Made by a program: the position numbers and the translations under genes. From Felis catus (taxonomy: Eukaryota): a DNA stretch of 64,000 nt. The stretch lies in assembly GCF_018350175.1 (NCBI RefSeq), contig NC_058368.1:1984001-2048000 (forward strand), in the 5' to 3' direction. Shown in pieces: positions 23,041-36,412 of this stretch (positions within the stretch are counted from its first letter, which is position 1; every line of letters starts with the position of its first letter). Below the pieces are notes generated by a model that was given only the letters and a program-made list of their open reading frames with translations, did no database searches and was not told the origin of the DNA.

Positions 23041-26000
23041 ACCAAAGTGCCCCCAAGAATGCCCAAATCCTGCCCCAGCGCTTGGGCACTTCTCCGGGAC
23101 GGTACGCGCTCAAACATCAGCCTATTGCGCGCCAGGTGCCTGTACCTCCAAGCATCCTGCACGGGCTGGGCACACGGGCCCTCCTTGGCCCTTCCTCCCG
23201 CAGCACACACGCATGTCCCAGGGGCCTCTGAACTGTCTCTTCCTCTTACCTGTCCCCACGCCACCCCTGCGCCCCACCCCACGTGCTCCTCCGTCCCTCG
23301 TGCTCCTATTACCGATCCGCCCCGGGACAGATATAAAGGCATAAAGCGCAAGGCTTTATGCTTTGTTCTTCTTCCCATAATTCTAAAGAGGAAGGGAACG
23401 CGTTCTTTTCACCAAGTCTCGACGGACACTTCCCATCTCTTCCACTCCACTTCACCTCGGGCTGCCCCTCAAAAGTAACTACGTTCTGTGGGTGCGGAGA
23501 TGAGACCGAGGTTGGGCGGCCCTGCCCTAAAGCGAGCAGGTGGCCCCAGTTTAAAGGGAAGGACAGTCAGGCATCCGGTCCTGTGTCTGACACTAGGAAG
23601 ACACGGCTAAGTGATGGAACGGCCGAGTGGGACTGTGACCTGACATCAGTAGAGGAGGAAGGAGCCGCCAGCTGGGAGACAGACAGGAGAGGCCGTGGGT
23701 TCCCTGGGCGGGCTGCCTCCCGCTGTGTGGGAAGACAGGTAAAGCGCCCACGCCAACGAGGGCTACCCCCAAACGCAGGCTGGGAATGTCATAATCAACT
23801 GGTCTCCCTAGTTTTACTCTATGACCCAATTTGCATACCTGGGCCCTTCTTCAGGAGCCTCTGCTACAGAAGTTCACAAAATCTTAAAGCTGTCCCACTG
23901 TGTGTCTCTGAACCGCTTACCACTCACTGATTATTAACACTCGCAGACGGAGCGGTACGTCCGTCGACAAGACTTTGATGCCTTTATGTCACCCATCACC
24001 GTGCACCAAGAAGATCTTACATACAACTGAATTCTCCGAAAACACTCCAGAAGGCTTCAGTTAGGGCTGAACGTCTCACACGAAAGGCACACTTCGCCAG
24101 CAGGGACGAAGTTTTCTCTTCGAGACGGCCACGCGTGCTGGGATGGGAGCCGTCGTACGAGGTGCACGAGCTGTGACACGAGATGCCTCCAGGGTCCCCA
24201 CGAGCTTCACGGCGACTGCTCCGTGCCACCTGCTGCAGACCCAACCTGTGCGGACTCGACCTGTCCCTTCCAGGCCTCCGTTCAGGAAACAGCCATGCCT
24301 CCCCCCAACCTCCGCGTCCCGCACCCAGTCTAGAAGCTCTGTTTGTCTGCTTTACCCACACCAGGGTGGTGGACGCTCGGTGCTCTGAAGGCGAGAGCAT
24401 TCCACCTTAGGCGTCTCTCCCAAGAGGTTTCTCCTCTTACGTTTTATCAACAAACTGCTGAGAACTGAAAACGGCTTCTAGCCACAACAAATTCTGGAAA
24501 GCAGGAATCCCCCACATCTTGTCTGCTGTGCAACGGGCTGTGGTGAGGCAGTTTAACAAGTGGCCAAGTGGGTGAGGTTGGGGGCACGTGGCCACACCGC
24601 TCTCCCGCTGCCCCGGCAGGATCTGGGGCAGCTCCATGCTGGGACCGTCCCACAGCGTCCGCTGGGATCGGCCAAGGCCTCCACTGCAGGTGCATTACCA
24701 CCTGACATCCCCGCCACCTGGTCCAGATCCTGCCCCTCCCTCTGAGCCTCCTCCCCAGCAGCCTTGCCCAGGGACCGGCTCCCTGGCAACCAGCTTTGCT
24801 GTCCCTCGGCCCCAGACGCATGGGCTCTCGGTCCGGGGAAGGGACTGTGGTCTGGCCAGGTATGTGCCCCACCTGCCTTTGCTCTCCTGACGTGGTCACC
24901 CTCAAATGGGTGCATTTTCTCCACCACTCACACTCACAGGTCCTCTGGGGAAGAGCTGTTGCAAACCTAGTCATGGTTCTGCAATTTCTGACTCATAACT
25001 CATAGGAAGATGAAAGTTGGGTTCACATACTCTATATAGCTCGATTATTTTATGGGCATCGACACAAGACTGAGAGTAATTGAAATTCAGTGAAAAGTTA
25101 TTATGTATGAAAGAAGGAATTTCCTACGGAGATCTTTCCCCCACCTCCTTCCTGGTAAGGAAGCATTTTTCAAACATTAGCAAAGCCATATCCCCAACAT
25201 TTTAACATTCCAGCTACGAATTTTGGCTGAAAAACTAGAAATGTAGAACTCGGGCCTTGCTGGGTCTATGTGGGCCTTGTCTCAGTCCTTCCCATACCCA
25301 CTATCGATTTAAGTTCAAAGTTAAAACGGAGGGAGAGAGGGTCTGGCCGTCGCTCACTGGAGGCCCCATCTCTGGCCACCCGAGCACTGCTGTCCTGGGA
25401 CTCCAACACCCGCTCTCTCCCCAAGTCCAACGGGCACTTGCTCAGCTTGCCAAGGAAGAAGACAGCACAGCCAGCTTTGAAACTGGGCGGTACTCCTCTT
25501 CTCCACCTTAAAAAGGAATGGGATCCAGCAGACTCGATTTCCTGAGAGAACAGCGGGAGAAGATCCAGAAATGCTAGCAGGGTAGGTAGCCTTGGAAGAA
25601 GCGTGCCCGCAGGGGAGGGGAGGTGCCTGGGTGAGCAGGGAAGCGACAGCCGCTCCTGGGAGCGCCAGGAGGCAGCCCAGGAGGCCCACACACTGCAGCA
25701 GGGTCTGCTGTTGCCTCTCATTCCCCGAACCAGATGCTTCCAAGAGTTCTTCTGGAAACAAAGCGGAACACAGTGTTTCAGCGCATCCGGCCGCCAGTCT
25801 GTCAAGCCTTAATCAGAAACACAGGCCTGGGGCGGGATGGATGTGAATCACCAGCCAGCCCCGCGGACCGGCCTCCCACCTCCCGCCATTCTTTGCACGG
25901 TATGTACTTCCCAGAGAAGGAAGCACGCTCTCCGCGGGCTTAGGAGAGCTTCTGTGCGAGTGCGCTCCAACGACGGCTGGAAAGTCAGGCGGGGAACGAA

Positions 26001-26363
26001 TGGAAGCAACCTTTAGATTAGAAAGGTGATGTGTGTACAAGAAAAGAAAATCAATTACCACCGCACATCCGTGTGACTCACAGAAACATCAGCCCCTGGT
26101 GGTGGCCTCTTAAAGGTCTGCTGGACGAAGCCACGGGCACCTACACCTTATTTACACAGCAAGTGCCTCCGGGGAGGGTAACTGCTCAGCACGTCAGAGG
26201 GAAAAGAAACTCGGAGGTAGGGAACGAAGAATAAATTCAGCCTAAAATTAAACAAACATGAAAAAGCTGCAACCCAGCCAACGAGGAAAGAAGCACGAAT
26301 ACACTAGCATTTGATAAGTAGCATCTGATAACCAAGATAAAACAAGTGATTATAAAGATAAAT

Positions 26364-26606
26364 GGGGGCGCCTGGGTGGCACAGTCGGTTAAGTGTCCGA
26401 CTTCAGCCAGGTCACGATCTCGCGGTCCGTGGGTTCGAGCCCCGCGTCAGGCTCTGGGCTGATGGCTCAGAGCCTGGAGCCTGTTTCCGATTCTGTGTCT
26501 CCCTCTCTCTCTGCCCCTCCCCCGTTCATGCTCTGTCTCTCTCTGTCCCAAAAATAAATAAACGTTGAAAAAAAAATTTAAAAAAAAAAATAAAAATAAT
26601 AAATAA
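26364..26606 (+). mobile_element. CAN-SINE, young feline type
   Basis: Near-consensus body; aaagataaa repeated on both flanks. Confidence 0.93.
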
Positions 26607-26681
26607 AGATAAACGGGCCAGTGAAATAGAAACCATAATTCTCCTTTGAGGTGAATGCTTGTTAATAAGTATCAAAAGTTA

Positions 26682-26898
26682 GGGGCGCCTGGGCAGTTCA
26701 GCCGGTTAAGCGTCCGACTTCTGCTCAGGTCATGATCTCCTGGTTGGAGGGTTCGAGCCCCATGTCGGGCTCTGTGCTGACAGCTCGGAGCCTGGAGCCT
26801 GCTTCGGATTCTGTGTCTCCCTCTCTCTCTGCCCCTCCCCTGCTCATGCTCTCTCTGTCTTAAAAATGAACATTAAAAAAAAAAAAAGAGAAAAAAAA
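26682..26898 (+). mobile_element. CAN-SINE
   Basis: Full body with A tail. Confidence 0.92.
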
Positions 26899-27234
26899 GT
26901 TTTGACTTAATTTTATGTTGAAACGTTTTTGTTAAAGACAGATCACAATAAGAGTATTTATTTATGCCTATGCCATGTTCCATTAAAGTAAACCTGCCTG
27001 TAGTGTGTAGCTACATCATTGTGGGCAGATGACCAAATTCTTCAGATCCCAGTTGAGTCCAGTGAAAGACCAAGATTTCACAAGGGAACCCCTCGGTTTT
27101 GAGGGATATTTGCTAAAATGCTAAAGATGTTTAGTTTTGCCACTTTGGAGATAGGTGGAGAGAGGTATAACACACTCCATGGAAACATCACATAGCAAAA
27201 CTCCCTTTGGCTTTCAAACACACACGACACACGG

Positions 27235-27700
27235 TGACTGTCCAGAAATAAGCACTGACAACCGCCTGTCGCCTGGACACGCGAGCTGCAGCCCCCGGAG
27301 GAAGGCGAGTCCCTCGCCCTCCCCTCCGGTCGCGGCCGGCCTGGGACTTGCTCCAGTGAATGAACCACCACCGATAACCGTGCCAGTCCCGAGCCTCGCC
27401 TGGCCTTTAAGAGGCCGGGCTGCTTCCGTCTGGACTGTATGGCTCCCTGTGGAGCGGGAGAGAGCCCCATCCAGCCTCGGTGGCTCCAGCTGTCCTGCCG
27501 CAGCCCTGGCGTGTGGGTGGCGCCGTTTCGGATGCTCCAGCCTGAGCTGAGCCCCCAGCGGAATGAGCTGCACTGAACCCCGGGAGAAGCCACGCGGAGC
27601 AGAGGAACTGTCCAGCAGAGGCCAGCCAAGCCAGACGGTCGTCATAAGTAACACGTTATTACTTTTCGGGATGGTTTGTTACACGACAGTAAAAAACTGG
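27235..27700 (+). mobile_element. MLT1-like (MaLR) LTR remnant
   Basis: gtgccagtcccgagcct, ggcctttaagaggcc, agcagaggaactgtccagcagaggccagcc, and 3' end gggatggtttgttacacgacagtaaaaaactg. Confidence 0.65.
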
Positions 27701-28294
27701 GTCCGAGGCTGCTACTTCTGCAGCGTATAATCTGAGAAAGTATGTTCACCTATTCACCTTAAACTTTGAGTGGTTTGGTCTGCTAAACTTTTAAACAGTT
27801 TAACTTTGCAGAAATGGAAGATTATTACTATTAACGGGGACTTAACAAAATGCCAAGAAACAAAACTTCATCAGAAGAGGAGATGATCTCAATACTGATT
27901 GCTGGTATGCTTAGTGAAGTTTGAGAACTTCTGTAAACATCTTTATTTTAGTATATCCCCTTAGTCGGTCTAGTTTTCTGTAATGGCCCCAATAATAAAA
28001 TACTTGTTTCGCCTTTGGTTATCGTAACTGGGCTGCATACTCAGCAGTAAGTACTGCCTTTTTACATAGTCTTGTAACTTTGTAGGCCCTCAAATAAATA
28101 TTTGCTTGGGTTACTATTTGACCACAAAATTATTACTATACCTTTAAATGTTCCTGTTCTCTCAAGGGTACTAAATTCCTGGGTGTGACTTATGAGAATT
28201 TAGGTCCCATCCCTTTTTGAGAAAAAATATACAATTTTTTTTTGGTAACGGAAGTAAGAGGAAAATAGATGTAACACACAAAGTGTGTTCGGGA

Positions 28295-28485
28295 GGGGAG
28301 CCCGCGTGGCTCAGTCTGTTGAGTGTCCGACCCGTGATTCTGGCGCAGGTCACCACAGTCGCGGGGCCAAGCCCCTCGCGGGGCTCTGCCCTGACAGCTC
28401 GGACTCCGCTTGGGGTTCTCACTCCCTCTCTTCCTCTCAGCCGCTTGTGCTCGTGCTCTCTCTCAATAGATAAATAAACATTAAA
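28295..28485 (+). mobile_element. CAN-SINE (diverged)
   Basis: SINE head, CT tract and AATAAA tail. Confidence 0.8.
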
Positions 28486-28523
28486 GAGAATTAAAGTGCT
28501 TCAGGGAAGAATGGGCCAATGAA

Positions 28524-28626
28524 TTTTTTTTTTTTTTAAGTAATCTCTAACCCAGGAAGGGCTCAAACCCACGGCCCCGAGATCAAGAATTGCCTGCTCT
28601 GCCGACTGAGTCAGCCAGGGGCCCCC
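28524..28626 (-). mobile_element. Short, older CAN-SINE
   Basis: T tail, then aagtaatctct...gagatcaaga...gactgagtcagccaggggcccc. Confidence 0.75.
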
Positions 28627-29599
28627 AGGCGACTGTGTCAGTGTCTGCTGTGGGAGAGCTTCCTGGGTCCCGACCATACGTGGGCATAGGCATGAACTTG
28701 TGTGTGCACACGGCCCGCCGCCCGGGCTTAGGAAATGAGTACTGCACTGGGCTTCCCAGCCCCAGCCCCTGACCTGCAGGCACCCCTGAGCTCTGGCAGA
28801 AAGCCCATTGGCCCCAGCAGCGCCACGGAACAATCCAGCAGCATCCTGATCCAAGAAGTAAGAGCCAAGGCCCAAGAGAGATCACCCAAGGGCCTCATGA
28901 GGCAGAACTGGCTCCGGGCCCTTCCAGAGCACAGACCCCAGTGTTCCTCGTGCCTGGGGAAGCAAGACGTCTTTGGCCGACGGCCCAGGAACGGTGCGGT
29001 GGAAGCAACGAAGCCGGGAGCCCCACACAAGGCAGAACTGTAGGCACAGCTCTGGGCACCATTAGCCAGAGGGCCTGACGTCACAGGCAGGCAGAGGTCC
29101 ACGTTTTCCCAACACAAAAGAAGACCTAAGTGGAGCCGCACACGCTCAAACGACGAGCTGAAGGCTGCCAGGCGGAGGGTGGGGCTGGGTGCAGGTGGAC
29201 TTCGGAAGACAGATCAACCAACCGTGCGGTAGACAGGACGAGGTGATGTGCAGAGACAGGGCGGAGGGCTGGGCAGAGGCCGCGAGACCCAAAGCCGGCC
29301 TTCCTGACCCCCGCGGCTGCACAGGGCTCAGGCTGGCCAGGGCCGCACCGACCGCAGGCTCTCCCATGGCTTTCTCTTCCCGTGGCTCAGACGTCAGGAC
29401 GAAGGTGCAGTGGGAAGGGCTCGCCGTGCGTGCAGTTCACCCACAGACTTAACTCTGAACCTCCACCATGGTCTGACAGGGACGGAGGTAAGATACTAAA
29501 GGCAAGTTAAGACAAAAGGCCACCTGCCGCGTGTGTTCTGCGGCCTGGAGGAGCCTTGCTCAGTGGTAAGGAGAAGGATGAAGGAAGGTAATTTGGAGA

Positions 29600-29815
29600 T
29601 TTTTAAAAAAAATTTCTTAAATGTTTATTTATTTTTAAGAGAGACAGAACGTGAGCAGGGGAGGGGCAGAGAGAGAGAGAGGGAGACACAGGACCCGAGA
29701 AGCAGGGTCTGAGCTGTGAGCACAGAGCCCAATGTGGGACACGGACCCACGAGCGATAAGATTATGACCTGAGCGCAAGTCGGACGCTTAACCAACTGAG
29801 CCACCCAGGCGCCCC
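29600..29815 (-). mobile_element. CAN-SINE
   Basis: TSD ggtaatttggag at 29587-29598 and 29816-29827. Confidence 0.9.
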
Positions 29816-31079
29816 GGTAATTTGGAGTTTTGATTCACACTCTTGGTGGGAACTCTACCTTGAGAGGAAAAGGTCTCCAAAAAGGAAAAGATTCAATCTC
29901 TACCTCAACCCGTGAAGCTTTAGGAAGAAAAATCAGAGCAAGAATGATGAGAGACCAGTGAGTGAGGCATGGAAATCTGTCATCAGTGAGCAAAAGAAAA
30001 CTGTTGCCCGAGATGTGCACATTTCTGCTGAAGACAGCACTACCCATCCCGGGTCTCTAACGCCACTGTATACACACTTGAAGAGGATAAGTGGGTGGCC
30101 GGTTCGACTCTACGAAGGACCATCTGCCACCAAAGTTTACGTGCTGCGACGAAGGACCAGCCTGTGCCAGCAATGGACATCAAGCTGGCCGACAGATGAG
30201 CCGGAGTCACCGAAGCTGAAGCACAAACAGCTTAAACGTGATTCTGGAAGAACAGATTTCTTCTCCTGGGCTCCAAGCCAGTCCTGGCTCTTGAAATTAA
30301 GTCCACGGAATACGTGGGAAGCCTGGCTTCTCTTCACTTGCGGACAAATGCTGCCTGTGAACGTCTCCCCTGGTCTGCCTCTGCACGACCCACTTACCTG
30401 AAGGCAGCACATGGGCCTACTTCGCGGGCACGTGCCTCTGTCACAGAACCTGAAGCTTGTTTTCTCTGCTTTTTGAGTCAGTAGCTGTTTTTGTTTTTGT
30501 GTGTTCCGGGCCCTCAATGCCTCTGTCGCACGTTGTTGGGGATGGCCGGCCCACAAGCATCAAGGGCAGGGGTGTCTCATGCCGTGTACCCACAGCTCTC
30601 TTCCCTGTGGTTACTATTTTTTTTTAATATTACCAAGTAAATGGGAAGGTCTAGGAAGCTAAGGTTCATTTAAGAAAGAAGACAGTGATCTGCTACTTTT
30701 ACAAAGTACCCTTGAAGGATACAGTGTAACATATTAAATACACTATAATTTACTAAAATGTATAAATATTTTTGTTATGAAACCTGGTAGTGAAAACTAA
30801 AATTCCCTACTTTTTATGTATTTTTCACAAAAAGCTACAGTATAACTTTGAAATGGATACATATCGGAGAGTTAACTTTTAATTCACATCTTCAAGGGCT
30901 CAGAAGCTCTGTAACAATTTTCATTTTCCAACAATGTTTTAAAATCCACTCATTTTGTTTCAAATCTGGCTGTGACTACCAGTTATAATTTTTCTGGATT
31001 CTATGCTGCTGACAGTGAAATCCCAGGACATGCATTGCCAAATAGCGTTACAAATTTTATGTTAACAAAATACATATCT

Positions 31080-31351
31080 GTTCGGCGAGAATGTGGAGAA
31101 AAGGGAACCCTTGTGCACTGTTGGTGGGAATGCAAACTGGTGCAGCCACTGAGGAAAACAGCATGGAGGTTCCTCAAAACATTAAAAATAGGACTACCAT
31201 ATGGCCCGGGATTCCACTTCAGGGCATTTATCCAAAGGAAATACAAACACTAGTTCGAGAAGATATTTCCATCCCCACGTTTGTTGCAGCATTATTTACA
31301 ACATAAGTATCCACTGATGGATGAATGGCTAAAGAAAATGTGTGCACATCT

Positions 31352-31403
<52 letters not shown>

Positions 31404-31480
31404 TCTTATTCGGCCATAAAAAAATAAGCCAGATAATGACAAACACTACATGACCTCACATATATGCAGAATCTTTAAAT
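31080..31480 (+). mobile_element. L1 3' fragment containing (CA)n at 31356-31400
   Basis: tgtggagaaaagggaacccttgtgcactgttggtgggaatgcaaactggtgcagccact is a classic L1 ORF2 3' motif. Confidence 0.85.
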
Positions 31481-31648
31481 ACCCAAAACCTAAAAAGGGG
31501 CCTTCCTTTAAAGTTACAAAAGGACCCAAGAACACACAGCTCCAGTTCCAGTATTCTCAATGCCAGTAACTGTCCCCATCACCCCTCAGCGCCTTCAATC
31601 CTGCCGGCCTAATCGTCTCACAAAACTTCGTAACTGGAACTAAGTTAT

Positions 31649-31842
31649 GGGGCGCCTGGGTGGCTCGGTCCATAGAGGGTCCGACTCTTGATGTTGGCCC
31701 AGGTCATGACCCCAAGGTCATAGGGCTGAGCCCCACACTGGGCTCCATGCTGAGTGTGGAGCCTGCTTAAGATCCTCTCCCTCTTTCTCTCCTTCTCCCT
31801 CTGCCCCTCTCCCCTCCTCGCTCTCTCTCTCTAAAAAAAAAT
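31649..31842 (+). mobile_element. CAN-SINE
   Basis: SINE head, CT tract and A tail. Confidence 0.88.
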
Positions 31843-32070
31843 AAAACTTTGTAATTGGAGAAAAATTATCCTTATTAGTGAGGATATATAACTAACTACA
31901 TAGTGAAGGAAACAATCTGAGATGTTAACACTGCATCATCTCTCTGTGTGGTAGGATCAGGTGTGAATTTTATATCCTTCATACTTTTCCTGCACTTTGC
32001 AAATCTGTAATGACTTTGCATTGTTTTTGTATTTATAAAATAAAGTCTCAATAAAAATGCATCAACCCCA

Positions 32071-32294
32071 GGGGCACTTGGGTGGCTCAGTCGGTAAAGC
32101 GTCCGACTTTGGCTCAGGTCATGATCTCGCGGTTCGTGGGTTTGAGCCCCGCGTCGGGCTCTGTGCCGACAGCTCAGAGCCTGGAGCCTGCTTCCGATTC
32201 TGTGTCTCCCTCTCTCTCTCTCTCTCTGCCCCTCCCCTGCTCACGGTCTGTCTCTCTCTGTCTCTCAATAATAAATAAACGTTAAATAATTTTT
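32071..32294 (+). mobile_element. CAN-SINE
   Basis: TSD taaaaatgcatcaacccca at 32052-32070 and 32295-32313. Confidence 0.93.
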
Positions 32295-32404
32295 TAAAAA
32301 TGCATCAACCCCACCCTCCGATACATATACGCAAACACCCCACCGGTAATGCCTGGACTCAGGTGCTCCTCTCCCCCTGGCCTTTCTCACTCTGGCTGGA
32401 AACT

Positions 32405-32435
32405 CCCCCTCCCCCCCCCCCCCCCCCCCCCCCCC
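32405..32435. repeat. Poly-C tract (C5-T-C25)
   Basis: Seen directly. Confidence 0.85.
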
Positions 32436-33139
32436 GCAGGGCCCGCCTACACACTCCTGCCCTCTTTGGCCTCTGTCCCCTCCCCCCGAGCTGCGACCCA
32501 CCACGTGGGCTGTACTCTCCGTGGCTTGCCACTCTGCAATGCACCACAGACATCTGCCCTGCGGCTTAACGTCCTGGGACCCTTGCTCCCACGGCTCCCA
32601 ATGCGGGAGTGTCAGCCCGCTCCCAGCTCCAGCTTCACAACTGCCTACACACTTCTGCAGCCTGGGCTCAAGCCCTTATCCCAGCATGGGCACTCCCCGA
32701 CGCCCGTCCCCTCACCCTGCAGCCAGCACCCGGGAGAATGGACTTCTGTCTCCTCGTATCAGAATGCCCTGTACACGCCGTCGAACTGATGCCCCTGAGT
32801 TGCACTTACTGGTTCGTATGCCGTCTGCCCCTACCGGACTGTGGGAACATTGAACGAAAGCCCACTACTGAGTCATTTTGAGAAACGTACCTACTGAGAG
32901 CCCACCAGATGCTAGGCATCATCGTAGGCCCTGGGGAGACAGAGGTGAACAAAACTGAGGAAAATCACAAAGTGACGACCGAAAGTGTAGGTGTTGCGAC
33001 GGTGACAAGCGCTAAGTGGAAAAAAGTCAAATGAGGCTTATGGGGAGAAGGTGATGTCAGGTCAAGGGTAGTGGGGCTGATGGGGAGTGTGTGAGGTCAG
33101 GTCAGAGGTATTGGGTTGCCATTTTATAAAGGAGGCTCA

Positions 33140-33333
33140 GGGTGCCCGGACGGCTCGGTCAGTGAAGCGGCCGACTACGGCTCAGGTCATGATCTCGCGG
33201 TCCGTGGGTTCGAGCCCCGCGTCGGGCTCTGGGCTGACAGCTCGGAGCCTGGAGCCCGTTTCAGATCCTGTGTCTCCCTCTCTCTCTGCCCCTCCCCCAC
33301 TCACACTCTGTCTCTATCTCAAAAATAAATAAA
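33140..33333 (+). mobile_element. CAN-SINE
   Basis: Full body; lies within L2-like sequence. Confidence 0.9.
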
Positions 33334-34347
33334 GGATGTTCCCAGACCTCTCTATTATGGGAACATGTGGACAGAGATCTGAAGGAAGGGAGAGAGGGAG
33401 CCCAAAGGTTTCTGCAGGAAGGGGGCAGTGACTAAAAGGCCTTGAGGCAGGCAAAAGACTGTTGAGGACAAAGCAGGCTCGGGGTGGCTGGAACAGAGCA
33501 GGGGGTCAGGGTGCTGAGACTCAGGCCCCGAGTTACTGGGACGCTGCTCACAGGAAGCAGTGTGTTTATGTGAAACCAACCGATCCAACTGATTTCACCC
33601 CAGCTGCCAGCGGCACCCTGCCCTCCCCTCCCCTCCCCTCCACGTCGCGGTTCCCACGTGCGGGACCCGGTCCCCCAGGCTCATTTTGGCATTTCAGTGC
33701 TGACAAACCACCGGGCAGGATCTCCGTGCACACAGGCCACGATGAGGACCTGGCTTTCACCGAGTGAGATCAGAAGCCACCCAAGAGCACAAGACCTGCT
33801 TTCTGCTTTAAAAGGGTCGCTGCGGCCACTGTGCGAACGGACTCTAATGGTACGCAGGGAGAGAGGGGGTCAGCCGACACCCCAGATCCGACTGGCTGTC
33901 CACATGCTCTGCCCCGCGGCAGGGGCTCTGCTGGGCCTCCTGCTGGGCTCTCAGGAGGGTCCTCTCAGCTCCCACAGGGCCTCGGTTACCGGCTCCTTTG
34001 GCTCCAGACCACAGCCCTTGGGGGGGGGTGTCCTCCTCAATGTGGGGGCAGCCTTCTGGGTGTTGTTGGAAGAATGACTCAAGACTGAGACAGAAACAGA
34101 GCCAGGAACTGTGCACGTGGTCTCCAACCCTCAGAATGACTCCAAAATGTCGGCACTCACGTTTTATGAAAGCCAGGAGACTGAGGCTCGGAATGAGTAA
34201 TCATGTCTCAAGTTCATGCCATCGGTGGTTCAAAACCCAAGCAGTCAACAAAAAGTCCGATGTCCTTAGTAATCACAGAAACTGCATTTTTTTTTAAACA
34301 AGGGGCTATTTCACGCCCCTCAAATTGACATATATTTAAAATGTCTG

Positions 34348-34388
34348 GGAGCTCCAGTGGTGCAATGGGTTAGCGCGTGGTACTTACA
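34348..34388 (+). pseudogene. Retroposed 5' half of tRNA-Ile(TAT) (tailless retropseudogene)
   Basis: 34351-34388 gctccagtggtgcaatgggttagcgcgtggtacttaca versus recalled tRNA-Ile-TAT 5' exon GCTCCAGTGGCGCAATCGGTTAGCGCGCGGTACTTATA (34/38). Direct repeat aaaatgtctg at 34338-34347 and 34388-34397. Confidence 0.85.
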
Positions 34389-34954
34389 AAATGTCTGATG
34401 TCACCAGGCATTGGCAAAGATAGAGACCTGCCCCGATAAACTGAGGAAAGAAGTGCGAATTGGTGTAACCATGTAGGTGACTACTTTGACAATACCTAGG
34501 AAAGTTAAAGATGCTCCGATCCTGTGACCCTAACATCCTAACATCCTTCAGAGAAATTTCCATGTTCATAAGGAGACCTACAGAAGAATGCTCACTGCAC
34601 TTCTATTGGTAAAAGAAAACTGGAATCAATCTGAATGTCCGTCAACAGAGTAATGGATAGATAAGGGGGGACATAATTACACGGTGCAATACTGAGCAAT
34701 TAAAATGAATCACAGCCTCTTCTATCAACAAGGAAAAATCTCAAAAACATGCTGAATAAAAAAAACCAAGTTGCAAAATCGTATCGTATAGAGTTTTTTT
34801 GAATTTGTAAAACAATAGCGTAGATTGGTTATAGTATGCAAGGGAATGAGAAGATTGATTCAGGACAGTACTTGCTAGGGAGGGAGGGGAGAGATCAAGG
34901 TTGGAGAAGCCAGAGAAGCTTGACTACATATGTAGTCTCTGAAACAGTATTGCA

Positions 34955-35972
34955 ATTCCAGACTTCAGTTCTATTACAAAGCTGTAGAAACCAAAACAGT
35001 ATGGGACCGGTACAAGAATAGCCACGTAGAACAGACACAATGTAACAGAATAGGAAACTCAGGAATAAATCCACAATCATAAGATGAATAATATATAATA
35101 AAGCATATCTAATGGGAAAAAGACAGTCTTTTTAGCAAATGGTACTGGGAAAACTGGACAGCAACAGGCAAAAGAATGAAACGGGGCCACTTTCTTAGAC
35201 CACACCCAAATATAAACTCAAAATGGATGAAAGACCTAAATGTGAGACAGGAAACCATCAAAATCCCAGAAGAGAGCTCAGGCAGTAATGTCTCCGACAT
35301 CAACCGTAGCAACATTTTTCTAGAGATGTCTCCTGGGGCAAGGGAAACAAAAGCAAAAATAAACTATTGGGAATACATCAAAATAAAAAAGCTTCTGCAC
35401 AGAGAAGGAAACAATCAGTAAAACTAAAAGGCAGCAGTGTCCAAAATACGGAAAAAAACTTCTGCAACTCCACACCCAACAAACAAATAATCGAATTAAA
35501 AAATGGGCAGAAGAACGCACATTTCTCCGAAGAAGGTATACAGATGGTCCACAGACACATGGAGAGATGCTCGATATCACTTACCATGGGGAAATGCACA
35601 TCCAAACCACAGCAACATGTTACCTCACACCTGTCTGAAGAGCTAAAACCCACAACACAAGGAGCAAGTCTTGGAAAGGATACTGAGGAAAAAGGAGCCC
35701 CCCTGCACTGCTGGTGGGAATGCAAACTGGTGTAGCCACTCTGGGAAACAGCATGGAGGTTCCTCAAAAAGTAAAAGTAGAACTACCCTACCCCATGACC
35801 CAGTAAGTCCACTACTGGGTATTTACCCAAAGAATACAGAAACACTAATTCAAAAGAATACAGGCACCCCAATGTTTACAGCAGCATTATTTATAATAGC
35901 CAAATTTTGGAAGCAGCCCAAGTGTCCATCGATAGATGAATGGATAAAGAAGAGGTGATCTATCATGGATAG

Positions 35973-36031
<59 letters not shown>

Positions 36032-36412
36032 ATGGAATATCGTTCAGCCGTAGAAAAGGATGAAATCTTGCCATTTCCAACAATATGGTGCTAAGCGAAA
36101 CAAGTCAGAGAAAGACAAATACCATGTGATTTCACTCCTGTGTGGAATTTAAGAAACAAAACAAAGAAGCAAAGGGAAACACAGAGAGAGGCAAACCATG
36201 AAACAGACTCTTAACTACAGAGAACAATCTGAGGGTTGCCAGAGGGGAGGTGGGGGGGGGGTAACGGGGAACCAGGCGAGGGGACTAGGGAGTGCTCCTG
36301 CTGTGATGAGCGCTGCGTGAGGCATGGGACTGGGAAGCACTAGACTGCACACCTGAAACTAGAATTACACGTATGTTAACTAACTGGAATTAAAATAAAA
36401 ACTAAAAAAAAA
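34955..36412 (+). mobile_element. Carnivore L1, 5'-truncated (~1.45 kb), with internal (CA)n at 35975-36022
   Basis: ORF2 remnants translate ...[19 protein letters not shown]... and ...PLLGIYPK...PMFTAALFIIAKFWKQPKCPSIDEWIKK; 3'UTR and A tail follow. Confidence 0.92.

Noticed and set aside
19868..25800. Many 100-290 aa ORFs in GC-rich intron sequence
   Set aside because: No domain resemblance, mostly non-ATG starts, present in all frames, and partly overlapping L2/L1 remnants.
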